From Halocafeteria seosinensis (lineage: Eukaryota), in assembly GCA_001687465.1 (NCBI GenBank), contig LVLI01000810.1:1-44146 (forward strand): a stretch of DNA of 44,146 nucleotides, given 5' to 3'. The notes beneath the pieces are model-generated. The model made no database searches. It was not told the DNA's origin and worked only from the letters and a program-made list of their open reading frames with translations. Shown here piece by piece: positions 11,536 to 25,400 of the stretch. Every line of letters starts with the position of its first letter. Position 1 is the stretch's first letter. The translations under genes and the position numbers were made by a program.

Positions 11536-13394
11536 TTAGCTTTCCTCATTTGTAGTGCTTTCCATAGTATCTGTTTGAGGGGATGCAGTAACAGTGGTGC
11601 TTGTCACAGCCCCCGAAGAGGGTGGACTGCTGCTGTGATGAACTTCAACCGTTGTGCCTCCCGCACTATGTTCCTCGCCGACATCTGTATAGGTGCTCGC
11701 ACGAGTAGGCGAAGTGGCTGTGCTACTTTGCGAATCCGGAAGTTCCACCGTCACGATTGAGCTATCTCCAATGGACGAGCCAAGACCAGCATCATGTCCA
11801 GTCGTAGAAGTGTAGTTGGCCTCAATATCATGAGGTAGATCCGTCGAAATGCGTATACTATCGTGCGTTGTAGCCGAGTCGTTGCTCGTCAAAGCAGTTC
11901 CTACCATGGGAGGGGACGTCAATCCACTGGCCATAGATACAGTTGAAAACGCTACAGACCCATCGCTGCTAGCCGCGCTAGGCAGAGCGCCAACACCATG
12001 TTGCCGGGGTAGTCGAATTGTTGGAACATCCGTTGTACTTGAGTTGTTGGAACTTCTCGGTGTTGACGTCGCCCTACTAGTTCCAGGGGCTCCACGCATA
12101 ATGTTATCTTTACACAGTGGACAACGAACGGATTGAGAGAGCCATTCTCGTATACAGTCGTCGTGGAAGCATGAATGACGACACGGGAGCTGTCGCTTAA
12201 TATCACCTTCAACAAATTCTTCTAAACATATTACGCAGCTATTTTCTGTAGACGTCTCATCATGTATGACAACTTCAAGCTGCTCGATTACTGCGTTGGG
12301 GGTAAACGTACGCCCTCTACCACCGGAAGCAATGCTTTCCAATTGGTCCAAAGTAAGACCCACATCCACCACCCAACGGAAGTCGTTGTGCGCTGTTTCG
12401 TCTGGGTGTCCCTCGCGGGTCGGTGCAGTTTCATGCTGTCGTCTTATGTATCGTTGGTCAAATCGACGGGTACAGCGGGTGAAGCAAATGCGACGGGCAC
12501 AGCGGGTGAAGCAAAGGTAGAGAAACACTGCCAGACACTGGAATGCTACTAGTACTACGAATGTGGCTGCAATCATCAGCGAAACAAGGAATAGCGCAGT
12601 ACTGTCTTCGAAACAATCGTCACTTTGATAAACCCATGCTAGACCAAGAAAATGCCAAATCTGCGATTGTGTGCAGTGCAGTGTTAGCATCCAGCGCAAC
12701 GTGAGTGCTGGGACTTCGTCTACACTTACAAAGCCGAAAAATATCAAAAACCGGTCCATCATTGCCGATGTGGAACTCCGGAAATACATAAGTGCTCTCT
12801 CAAACTCGAGCGAAAATCCCTCTGGGCTTTCTAGCATTCTTTTCAGATGTATCGCAATCTTGGTGCTTACGAGGCTCCGCAGAACGTCATGTATGGCCTG
12901 CGTTCAAACAAGTGGAGAAAACGTGGACTAACTCAGAATGACTCATGACACCATCACTACGTACGATTCCGACCAAGAAAGCATGCAAAGGGGCATCACA
13001 TCTGGCACCCCATGTTGTAATGATGGTAATCAATGCGATCGGGAGTCTTAATCCCGCTATAACGAGGTTAATCATCGCTCCTTTCCGGGTACTCTGCGCC
13101 AGTTGCCGCGCACTGAGCACCCTATACCTCATCCGCTGATTAATGGGCGGCGAAGCCTGCAATGGGAACGCAAACTCGCCTCGTATGTACTATGTACAAC
13201 TGTATGTCTCTCAAGTTTTATCCTCAACCTACTCTGTTTGGGCCCTGTCTGCCATTGCTGCCGGCGGTCGTTTGGGAGTTCCTCATTGGTGGAGGTGGAG
13301 GAGCAGTCGTGGAATTCGAAAACACTATGTTTTGGGTATTGGGGGGCTGTATACCGTAAATATCGGCCGATTCCACGCGGATCCGGGTCGCCAT
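11536..13394 (-). CDS. Membrane-anchored RING-H2 E3 ubiquitin ligase (multi-exon)
   Basis: Several hydrophobic segments precede CVICLEEF...LPCRHSCFHDDCIREWL...CPLCK, followed by a Ser/Thr-rich tail. The upstream exons (MATRIR..., ASPPINQR...) link by GT-AG introns. The start codon is uncertain. Confidence 0.85.
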
Positions 13395-14385
13395 AGCTCG
13401 CTCTCCTCTACATGTGAACGAGGCCCAGGTCGCTGCGAGAGAATCAACATCCACCCTTTGAGACAGAGAACTAAATCAAGACAACAACTATGTCCAAACC
13501 ATCACGTAGGGGGGCTTTGTGGGAGGCAGATTCTGCATGAAATGGACCCAAGTTGAAGTTGCGGATTCTGCGAGGAAGTGCAGCTTGAGCTCGAAGTTAC
13601 AACTGCTACATACTGTGTCATTATGACCAAATTGTAGGGTTTGAGATGACGATTTTCCAGCGAGATGATCTAAACAAGGAAGCTGTTGAAACGGGAAGAC
13701 AAACCTGGCAAACTTGTCCGAAAATGCTTCGCGTTGCAAGGACGTGGTCAGTCAAGTTAGGGGTTACAGTGTATTAACCTCTTGCACAGATCACCCGTAA
13801 CAGGTGTACATCAAGAGCATTTTCTAACGTAGCAATACAAAGCGTTTGTACTTGGCAGACACCACCGGATTGGCACAAAGTTCTCCTATCCAACTGCTGG
13901 TTGGGCACCCTGGCCGACAAATCTTGTCAGTGCAGAGACAGAAATTCAGTTCGCTGATGATATAAACTCGGAGAAACAAAAAATTGAAAAAGGCTTCTTT
14001 CATGGCAGTGGAGGAAATGTTTCCCACCAAGGTGTTCACTGATTAACCAACATGTTATGCTGTACTACCATTTTCTAAAACAGTCACACGTGGATGATTG
14101 ACCACACCACAAGCGAAGTTTTCTGAATTTTGGGAACCACCAAGTCTGCATGATGCCCTCGGCCAATGTAGTGTCTTTAAATAGTTAAACTGCTGAACTG
14201 TTGTAGCATTATGTATGAGGCTTCATTCACATACACATATGAAGCTTTCAGTTCATTTCATTGAGAACCACAAGTCATTGTGTGCTGAGGAATGTTAGCC
14301 TAACTTTGTATATGGTGTACTCGTATATATACATACATATATGTATATCATTCACCACGTCTCTCCTCGTTATTATTAGTACACA

Positions 14386-15715
14386 ATGGCTTGCATTGAT
14401 CGATCCCACGATTTCCAGACCATTGTAGGCAAGCTACGGCACCACCAGCATTCCCACGGCACCTCTGCTGCTACAAATGGTCCTGCTGGTGGGGGTAGTG
14501 GTAGTATAGCCTTATCTCATCCTCACCAAGGGGCTGGTGGATCGTATCAGCCTCATAGTCATGGTGAATCGGCCTCGGGAACCACGCAAAATCGGCAGTT
14601 TGGAGCTGCTGTGGCTGAGCTTTCACGGCATATACACTCCACTTCGATGAAACTAGCCAGGATGACGCAGTGTAAGTTAGTCTGTTATATAGATCCAGAT
14701 TGATTCAGCTGGTGGCAATGATGATGCAGTGGTGCGTCAACGAGGGCTAATGAAAGACACCCAAAACCAGGTGAATAATTTGACGGTGGAAATCAAGGAC
14801 GATATCACCTTTCTCAATAACAAGTTGGATGCATTGCAAGTAAGGAAGGACTCTTTTATTCTGTGGATTATTTTCCTTTAGAGTGGGGAATACACGCTCT
14901 TGCGCTTCCTTGGTTCTCTACAGGAGCATGCTGAACGCCAGAAGCAACAGCTACAGAACCAGAATCCCCAATCGAGTGCTGCTCAAAAAGCATCACATTC
15001 AGTAGTGGTAGTGAATGGCCTCAAGTCGAAACTAATGAACACGACTCAGGAGTTTCGTTCTGTGCTGAAAGACCGAACGTCTAACATGAAGGCGAACAGT
15101 CAGCGTAAGGCTCTCTATGGGGAAACAAGAGATCTGGGCAAACCTTTAGTGTACCGAAACAGGCGGCATGGGGATGCAAGGAGGACCCAGCAGCGTACAT
15201 CGCAAGAGTCAAATCAAGCGAACAACGCTGATCGAAGGAGCAACTATCATAACAATGATGACAGTCATCTTATGCAACGCCCCGAAGGCTACGACCCGGA
15301 ATCGGGACAGCAGCTGGATAAGCTGTCGACTCCTTCTGGTAGACGCGGAAATCAAAGTGATGAGCACCAAAATCATTATCAAGGAGCATTCCAACAAGTG
15401 TCGTTACAGTTAGAACAAACACAACAGGGTGATACCGAATACTTGAATGCTCGGGCGGATGATGTCAGCACCATTGAATCGCACATACAAGAGTTGGGCA
15501 ATATATTTCAGCGGCTTTCATCGATGGTTTCCGAACAATCCCAAATGGTTACTCGCCTAGATGACAACGTGGATAACATGTTACAGAATATCGAGTTAGG
15601 AGAGGGACAACTTCAACGCAGATACGACACAGTTACCAGCAATTGGAGATTAGCCTTGAAGATTATTGCAGTGCTGCTATTTTTTGCTGTGTTCTTTACT
15701 ATATTTGTAGCATAG
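14386..15715 (+). CDS. STX5: Syntaxin-5/Sed5 (Qa-SNARE), 3 exons
   Basis: N-peptide IDRSHDF (RDRTxEF-like), Habc helices, SNARE motif IESHIQELGNIFQRLSSMVSEQSQMVTRLDDNV and C-terminal TM LALKIIAVLLFFAVFFTIFVA. Confidence 0.92.
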
Positions 15716-15773
15716 AAGGTATGGGATACGTTGTGATTATACCCTTGCACTGCTTAGTAGTTAATGGGTACCA

Positions 15774-18700
15774 TTACTCGTCACTGTCAGTATCATCAAA
15801 TAGACTGCCGTACGTAGAAGGTTGCAACTGCTGTTTCGGCGCAGCCATAGGAGCAGACCCCTCATCATCCGAGCTCCCTTCATCGCTGATACCACCAAAC
15901 AAATCTGCAATATTCTTTGAGTTTTCATCCACTGCAGACCCTCCCCGAGCTTTTCTTGGAGCTGCCCCACCACGTTTATCAGGAGAAACTTCATCAGCAA
16001 TTCTGTCGGCTGCATCATCAGGTGCACTATTCTTTGAGTTCTCATCCACTGCAGATCCTCCCCCAGCCTGTATGGGAGCAGTCGCACCAGTCTTCTCACC
16101 AAAATCATCACCAGCAGTTCTGTCGGCCGGAGCGGTAGTTAATGTATTTGCTCGTGATTGCTCGTCACTAGACCGCATTACCGATGTATCCTCTGACGCG
16201 GCATTTTGATTTGTTTGGCCTGCACTCCTGGAAACTGCAGATGACTTGGGCCTACGTCGTGGGGGGCCCTTCGCTCGTGATGTATGGCGGATTTGCTGAC
16301 TTGTATCCCCTTGTAACATTTCCATGTCCGGATCGTCCAGTTGAGAGGACGGAGCGGAAGCTGATGTCGATTCGTCTGAGCCCTCGGCCTGGGTCTTTCG
16401 CTGAGGAGGTTGTGTCATCTTTGCAGCTGTAAATCCTTCCTGTGCAAGCTTCTTTCCGAGTTGAGATACCTTGGAACTGGCCGCCGCCCCTTTTCTAGAA
16501 CCACCTTCCCCAACATCCTCCTCGGTCTCATCGGCGGACTGATTAGAGCTGTAGGCAGCCGTCACGGGCTCCTGCTTCGTTTCCGTTTGCTTCGTTGTTG
16601 GCAATGGACCGTCAGAGTCCGAATCAGAGTCTTCCGCGCTTCCCACAGAGTTCGATGGATGGGGACGAGTTGAAAGCCGTTTCTGGAGTTCTGACTGAAT
16701 GTCAGCACCAAACCCTTGTCCACGAAGCGAGGCTCTCACCCCTTGATTCGTTCCTGTCTCGTCCTCTTGGTCGCTGGAGATGGCCCCGTTGTCGACATTA
16801 TCTTGTCCATTATCCGCTTGGTTTGCACCAGGTATGGCGTTCTCCAATCCTTCAGAGCCCGGTGACTGCCTAGATGGTTCCCTTGCATTTGCTGACTGTC
16901 GATGTGGTTGCTGCTTCGACTCCTGTTCAGAATCGGAGCTTCCATTCGAATCCTCAGACCCCGAGGAAAGTTTTCGCTGAGTCCCAATTCTTTTCCTCAA
17001 CTCATCATCCAATACCCTATTGCTTCCTGTACCTGAGACACCAGAGCTAGTGGCTTTCGTTTGTAAACGGGGTGCAGACGTTGCAGACGTTGCTGTACGG
17101 GATGAGTCACCGGTGGACTCACCCTGATTCTCTTCGTTTCTGCGGCCTTGGGGGCTTTGCGAAGGTAGCAAATCGTCATCGTCAGAATCTGAGTCAGAGT
17201 CCGAATCTCCACCGAAGAGCTGCATCGCCATTGTGTTGGCCGCTGCAGGTCTCGCAGATTGCTTGGTCTCTTCTTCCTCGTCCGAAGAATCAGAGTCATG
17301 ACCGAATATTCCGGTAGTATTCGATCTAGCCGCTTGGCTTTGCGGCGCAGACTGTCGGCTTCCCTCGTGTGGCCGATTAGCCCCCTCTGTCAAAGTTGCC
17401 TCAAGGCCGGTCGACGCATGCTCATTTGCAGTCGAAGTGGAGGGCGATGGCTGCGTAGATCCAAATCCTGTTGGGCCTTCGTCATCAGATTCAGATTCAT
17501 CTTCATATCCGAAAATTTTCCCACTATCACCGAAGCCGGTGGGGGACGACCCATCCAGGACAGGATCACGGAACTCATCGTCAGAACGCAAGCTACGCTC
17601 TTCTTCGGTGCTTCGGCGTTCGGATGCCCTAGACGTCTGAGGAGCAAACTCTTTTCGATCCCGTCGGGAAGATGTCCTATGGACGTGAGAAGCCCCCGAA
17701 GTATGGGCAACGCCGGTGGAGTGCTCACCGTCTTCCTCACTTTCCGTTTGATGGCCAGTCGAGCGGTCTGTTGTTCCGGTGTTGTCTGAGGGCTCCTGAA
17801 AGCGAGCACTTGCCTCATTCGTGGCGAAATCAATGGCTGCACCAGGAGCATCATCATCCTCTTCTTCGGGATCACCGAATATACCGCCCTGCTCATCTCT
17901 ACCACGAGAGCCCTCTGAGCCGGCTCCGTCGTAGTCATCGGGAACGATTTCATCCACGTATTGAGTCAAGCTAGTCTCCTGTCGCCCATGGGCGATGATA
18001 GAATCACCATTCATACGCGAGTCATCCTGGTCTTCCGGAAACATAGTTCCGCTTCCCGTCTCAGGTGAACCCATGTCTGTGGACGGGCCGGTTGTAGGTG
18101 GAGGCTGATGCTGCTGCTGTGAAGTAGCGTCTATCCCTTCACCCACCATACCATGATACGGGTGATTTACTTCTTCATCTTCGTACGCTAGGCCGACACT
18201 TCGCGACAGTGAAAACTTGCTAGTACCGATAATATACGGTAGGGGGCGCGAATACATATTAGGGCCTCGGTTAGAATGAGCCTCATGAGAGTGTGACTTG
18301 ACATAAGGCTCAAAACGCTGCAAAGCTTTCTTCCCTTGTTTTAGGGCCTCCTCTCGGCATGACTCCGCGTGTCCCATCGCTAATGCTGTTGGGATCTCTT
18401 CATCTTCATCGCTGTCGTCAGCAACCGTCACCAAGGCTGTGCTCGTGGAGGAGCGACTCTGGTTGTCCTGTCCACCGGAGCCTACAAGATCTTCCTCATC
18501 CTCCTCCCACACTCTCTGCCAGTGCAAAATCAACCCGATGTGAGTATTCACAGTCATTCTTCCAAACTATTACGAATATCCTTACATTCTCCATGAACTG
18601 GGAATTGCCCAGGAGCGTGAATCGATTCAATACATTACGAAATTCCACCGAGGCATCCTGCAGCTCATCGGCGGTGTCCGCCAACAGCGTATCCGTGTCC

Positions 18701-18978
18701 TGCAGGGGTTAAATACACCGAAAACGAGCGTGAATGGCTTCATATCCTGCTAGGAAATGGCTCACATCGGCCGACAAAAATTAGCTTACCTTGGCTTGAT
18801 TTTGTAGGTGCTCCGAGAACTCGCTCAGAAGCTGAATCATATCATTGTGCTTCGAAATCCACCCCTGTTGAACGGAAATAAACACATATTATACTGGAAT
18901 AAGAGCCATGCATGTGCCGTGGAGCCTTACATCGGACCCTTCAAAGACGCTCTGAACTTGCTGAATACGCGCTTCCAT
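15774..18978 (-). CDS. WASHC2: WASH complex subunit 2 (FAM21-like), multi-exon
   Basis: Spliced N-terminal domain FRNVLNRFTLLGNSQFMENRV and RPLPYIIGT. Long disordered acidic tail with LFa-like repeats (IFGDPEEEDD, IFGYEDESE, IFGHDSDS, LFGGDSDSD, LFDDTDSDE) and a capping-protein-interaction motif (IRHTSRAKGPPRRRPKS). Confidence 0.85.
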
Positions 18979-19452
18979 TGCCCTTACACGTTAATGCAGC
19001 ATAGACGACAATAATGACTTTGTTACGCGTCCTGTGGACGATCAATTCATTCGCTTTAGGAAGTGTTGCGGGTAGTATAGAGCCTCGATGACAGCACTCC
19101 ATGCGGAGCGAACAAATTTTTCACCCACTCGTACACCTCCGGAAAATTTTTGGTGACCAGGAAGTTGATGAACCCCACAACACACGCTAAGGGAGGAGAC
19201 GAGACGATGCGGCATTCATGATCGAGAGAAGAATATGTCAATTGCATGAATAGTAGGCGACCACAAGAAATCCGGATTAGTAGACAAGAAGTGTAGGTAG
19301 AATATTGTAGGTTCTCAGCGTGCAGTGTGGAATTTGGAGTGAATGCCAGAGAAAGGACGCAAGTGAAACGGACAACCATAGATATGGGCGTCCTATGCGT
19401 ACATATATCAAGCGGCATGAACGAAGTCGTATGGTGCAATCAAATTATCAAA

Positions 19453-22400
19453 TTACGCAACGTCATCCTCATCCTCATCTTGAAATCCACCAAGAAGGCA
19501 GTGCACAGTTCGCCACCAGCAGAAGAGAATTGAACTTGCTTGAGCCACAAGCTCAGTGTCTTCATCATATGGCTCACCCTCTATCCGATGTTTCAGTCGC
19601 CGGCGATATCTTCTGCACCGCCATCTGAGGAAAAAGAACAAAGGAGGCCCGATAACTACAAGTGCAACAACGGCGACCAGGATGATCCCCCATGGTTCAG
19701 GCAGCAGTGATGCACTGTGAACGGTAAAAGCAGTTGTAAGGCGAGCTACCACTCGGTTCTCATGTTGAAACGTGTACTTACAAATTCAATAGACTCGAGA
19801 TTGCGGGCATGGCTAACGCGACAATGGTGGCCAAGGCCGCAATGGCGAGGACTACGCAAAGTCTAGCGTAAATCTTAGGTCCCAAGAGGGCTTGTAGAAG
19901 ATACAAAGGATTCAAACTCTGTGAATGAAAGCAGCGACCAGTTAAAAGCAGCAAGCCAAGCACGGCGCAAGATGACACGCTTCTCTTACATATTTCATTC
20001 TGCCGGCCGGGGGAGGCAAATAAGGATGAACATTTGGCTCAGATCTCCCACTGCCGTTGTGGAAATCCTGTTGGGCAAGATCAAGAGGCAGTATCTCCAT
20101 GGAGAGCAACAGATTTCCCTGAATTCACAAGAAAGAAAAGTAAAACATTCAACGGATTTATAATCACACAATCAACGTTTGAACTTACTGCCGGTACTCG
20201 CTCCATTTTCCCACTGGTATGTTCCGTCTTGTGCATTGATAGCCATTCAGCATTTTCCGGAATGACTTCCTCTCGCATACCAAACATCTCTTTGAGGTTC
20301 GTTAGAGTTTGTTCCGCTTCCTGTTTCTTCTGTCTTCGTTGTTGTCGTTCTTGTTCCCCGACTTTTTCCCTGTCCGTTAGTTGCCGTTTTCCAGCTGTGC
20401 TTTTAAGTTCCTTATCCACTTCAGCCCCCATTTCTTCATCAGATTCATACGCTTCTCCGGTAGGCGTGTACATCGGCAAAGTAACCGGCTTTTCTTCTCG
20501 GAAACCTTCCTCTTGTCGCTTCTTCTTCTTCTGCTCTTCCTCCCGGGCTTTGTCCCGCATGACAATATAGCGGGTGTTTTGCTTTCGAGCGCGCATGTAG
20601 TGCTCCTTAAGCGACAACTGTGTTTCGGCCAAACAATCTGCAGCACCAAAGCAAACTTCAGGGTCTATAGTTACGAGGTAGGGTCGCTCTTCCTTACCAT
20701 TATACTTGAAAATGTCCTTATCCCACAGCTGGAGTGTAAGGTAAGGGAACTTCATTGGCAGATGGACTTTCCATTTCATCCTCCAGTTGAAACTAGCTTT
20801 TCCATTTTGAGCTCTCCAGTGTGTGTCAGTCTTCAACGTTTCATTCTTAGCCCCTTGTAGCATTGCCCGACAGTACAGGTCATTCATATTCGTAATCTGT
20901 CGAAATAGCATCGGTTCGTGAGCGTAAAGTGCCTCTTGGCTGTGGAACATGGAAATCTCATGGTACTTACACCGTCTCCGGACGGCACATCCTTTGCTCT
21001 CCAGACAACCAGGCGAACCTCAAAAGGAGCTGGAGGAGGTCGTTCAATGTTTACCTGGATTGCGTAGGCACCGGTACTTGAGTACCGATAGCATAGAGAA
21101 CCATTCCTACATTTACGTACCGCTGGAAAATATGAAGCTTGATGAGCAGATAATATGTCAACCCATAGGCGCACGCTTCCTTGAGACATTTTCGATGTGG
21201 GATGCCAGAGAAATCTTGTCTCTACTGGCTTTGGCCGCAAGCGACGGTCTTTTTCACTTCCCCATACCTCTTCATGCTCACCCATAGATTTCCAATTTTC
21301 ATCAAACCAGCGATCTTCCAGGTCAATGTTAGTTTCTCCAATTAACTCTGCATAACAAATTCAGACGACGTAATGCAAAGAAACTGTACTCTATCTAAGG
21401 TAGTTCCAACATACGATCCCGCAGAAGGTCGTAGTCATAGAATCCAAGGGTTAAACGGGACTCCCCAGGAAGCATCGTCTGAATCTCGTAACATCGATAA
21501 ACTTCCGGACACAGTTCTTGTTTTACGTAACTGCACAAACAAATACTATACAGGTTATCACTGTTCTTCGTTGGTTGAACTATCGCTTCCGTACTTTTTC
21601 TTGTCGCTCACTGTCGTCTTCCCCAACTTCAGGTGGACGTAAGGATCTGCTTTGCCGTGACTGTCTTGAGGGGAGAGATTCTTGCCTTCCATGACGTAGA
21701 CTCTAATCACAAAAGGGCGAGGGCTCAGAAGGGTGCGCAAGTCCAGTGGACACTTATCATCAGCAGTCTTGATGAGCCTAACTACTCCTTTTAATATTCC
21801 GACTGATCTCAGTGAAGATTTATTACTGAACCAATGCCCGAATTCTTTGCCTCTGTATAGCAGTTCCACAGCCTCTGTCCAAATCTAACGTATATTCGAC
21901 AATTCGGCAAAAATCTCACATACCGTTTTAGCGAAATCGAGTCAAAGCACGAATCACCTAGTATTTCTTCCAATTCAGAACTATAAATAGGCCGCTTCTG
22001 CGCTTACGGTACGAAATTAGGTGTTCTCATCCTGGGATGATGGTCAAGAAAGCCTTCACTTACCTTCATATAAGCAGCCACATCTTCGTCTTTTTCACCC
22101 TTCGCTCCATCCCGTTTAATCAAATTCCTATCGGGGTCATAAGAACGCAAGGAGGCGTTGCTACTATCAGAATCTGTAGATTTGGGCTTTTCGGGATCGT
22201 TCTTTGCCTCGCTTTCCGGGTCGTCGTTTTTGGATTCTTGGTCTGCGGTAGCCAGTCCTGTCCCCGTTCCGTCGTCTGTCGGCTCGCCAGGTCCATTTTG
22301 TTCCGTTGTGTCTTTCTCTTCCCCGGGCGTCTCCTTTTCAGGTGATTCCTCCTCCACCTCATCATCTTCGCTTTCTGACTCGGAAACATCACCGAGAGCA

Positions 22401-25400
22401 GATAGACTAGTGGCTGCCTGCTGCAATTTCTGTTGTTGACGGAAAATGGTCTTTGCGTCATAATCTGGAGACCACGGTATTTTCGATGAAAGGGAAACCG
22501 AAGCCGTTCCTAGGGTTGGACGCCATAGACCACCAAATCTGGAGTCTTGCACTGAAACACCCATTGAGGGAGCAAAGAGAGGATTTATAGGGATATCCAC
22601 AGGCACCAAAAGCCGCTGAAAGTAGTTCGGATTACTACCACTGGGTTTCTTCGAATGCTGAGTATACTTTGTGTCCCCTTTTCTCTCGCGTTTCCCGACG
22701 TCAAATCCGACCTGAGGGTTGTTTGATGGCAAAAACTTATAAGGTCTCATATCGCGAAGGCCAAGCACTACGATCTCTACCAACCACTCCTCGCATACTG
22801 GAGTAATAGTCCTTGGTATGTTCGGTACAATCTCATTTTGAGAGGATTTTCGGACAACTTGAAACCCAAGCAACAACTCTCCTTGAGTCTTTCCTCCGAA
22901 GACACCATGTCGAGCTAGCCCGTACCACTGAGGATCTAGCAATCGTGGACGCATTGAAGAAACATCTGATAAATCTAATGGAGGCGTATACTGGAACGGA
23001 TCTTTCTCAGAGGCGTTAGAGGCGTCTTCTCCATCATCAGTTGCCTCCTCAAACAACTCGGACATGCCACCAAAACTTCCCCACGGACCACTAATCTTGC
23101 TGTTAACGTTCGGAGAACCGGTGCCCAGTTTCCCGCTCAAAGAAAAGCGAGCTTCGCTGACGTATTCTTGTCCCACGTATTCCTTATCATACAATTGTAC
23201 TTTTATTTGGGGGGCGAAACGGAAATTGGGCAAAGAAACGTCGAAGACCAAGGTTTGATACCATTGAGGGTTACTGCACTGGGATATATCCTTAGTCTCC
23301 TGCGTGATACCGCATATGGAAGCCCTAACAAATGGATCAATTGAGCCATTGCTATCGACTGCGGGTAAATCTCTTCCTTGGTAGCAATGGAGTCGGATTT
23401 GGTATTCAAACGTATCTTTCGCCTCTTCCAATTCAAGGTCCCAGTCGCCGGTGGATTCATCAACCACGGAGGTCTCCCCAATAGCAACTCGCATTAGCAC
23501 CGTTCCCGGATCAGTCTCCCCTCGTACTTGATCAATGACTGGGTCAGCTGTAAGGGGTACCCATTGTGTTCTTGCATGTTCAAAACCCAATTCCAACAGC
23601 TGCAGTGTGGAGAATCTCGCATAACAAATGCGGTTCTTGTCAACGTGCGGATCGCCACGACACAAGTAAACAAACGTATCCGGCAGCACTCTTCGTTCCC
23701 ATTTCTTATCCGGAGCAGTCGGTACCTCAAGCCCCATCTGGAGGGACTGATACCAGTGAGCTTGCAAGTCTCTACCGAGCGCAACTGGATGGGTTGAACA
23801 CATTTGTCCACCGCATTCGATGACGATACGGTATTCCTTACTCTTAAATTGCAGCGCACCGCTCTTCGGTATTGAGTCTCCAGATATGACTAATGCCTTC
23901 ATCGTCAGCTGAGGCTTTCGCATGGGCGGACTGAGCTGCCACGGTAGTCTTTGTTTCATCTTACTCACTGTTGCCTTCTCAGGTAACTCTTGGTTCTCGT
24001 CCGGATCGTGCTTAAAAGAAACTAGAAGCCTTCCTCTGTAGTTAGAGGCAAGGTGGGGGCTACGATTCATCATCTTTGCATCTGCACCACGAGACACTCC
24101 ATCTGGGGCGCCATAAATGGGCAACCATACGGGCCCGACTTCTTGATATTCCTTTATTTGTCGTAAATCAAGAATGATACTACCGACCCGTTGGTTCGGA
24201 TTCACACGGTTGTGGTCCCATACGCTAAGTTCAATCGTATTGCTCATGGAAGGCTCAATATACTGCGCTTTTTACCATCAGGGTGCCAACATTTTTTGAC
24301 TGAGTAGCTTGCAGAACACAACATCATACTTACGGGAAGCACCATCTCTTCATGCCATTCAACCCTTAAGTCCCCAGCAGTGCGGTCGATTTTGCCTTTG
24401 GGCTTAACTGTGTGCCATTTTGTCCTTAAAGGTTTATTTCCCCCAAAATTCACTTGACAGTAAGCGTCAATGCCCCCTTTTGATACTACCGAAGGCTGAT
24501 CCATAGCCGGTAAGCCCCATGCTCTGCGACAGTTGTGAAACAATGCCTAACGATACACATCAGCACGGAATAAATCTCTGCCGGTACACTTACCGATAAA
24601 TTTTCATGATGAGGAAGTGTGTTGATACCTCAACACTAGGGGGGAGCATGACCATTGATGCTAGCCCATCAGCATTTTGTTCATCTGGGTCTTCCTCCGG
24701 TTCAGCTTCCCAGTTGTGCCTCTTTTCGCCTTCCCCAAGAACAATCACAGATAGCTTCATAAAGCCTTGAATACCTCTTGCATTTTCTGACGTAGGATCA
24801 GTCAGCCCAACCCATCTCTCATGAAATTCGTGATGTTCCATGTAGTAAATCGAACTGCGGAGAACAAAGAAACTAACCAACTTTGGCTGATACTCGACTT
24901 CTACGAAAGAAAACAACGAAACCGTACCTCGCGTCAAACTGGTACATCCCGATTAGACCGTTTCGCAAGCGAAATCCTCCATCATAAGCCGATATGTTAA
25001 TAGTTGTGCTTTCGATTTCATCGCGAGTCATTTTCGGTAATGAGAAATACATCGTGTGATCAAACACGGCGTTGTTTCTCCTTGTCTGAGTTTTTGTATG
25101 TTCTTCTTGATTATTGACCTGGTCAGACAGTGAACTTCGATATTCAGAACAAGCTTGTCATCTACCACACATTGCAAATATTTTTACCTTTACATGCACA
25201 ACTGGATCATTACAACCTTTGCTTGCCGCCGATTTGAGCTCCCTTGCCTCGATTATGTGAACGATAACACTATAATCACCTTCCTTCATATTGATGCTCT
25301 CCGCCTCTTCGATACGCTTCTGCTCTTCTGCGTGCTGCTTTTTGCTCTTACGGTGAGACTCTTCAAAACGGGACTCTCCAGGATCCGACACCTCCACGTC

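Noticed and set aside
15912..16063. Direct repeat of about 33 bp at about 120-bp spacing, superficially array-like
   Set aside because: Only two units, and they encode the GGSAVDENSKN peptide duplication inside WASHC2. It is not a CRISPR or non-coding array.
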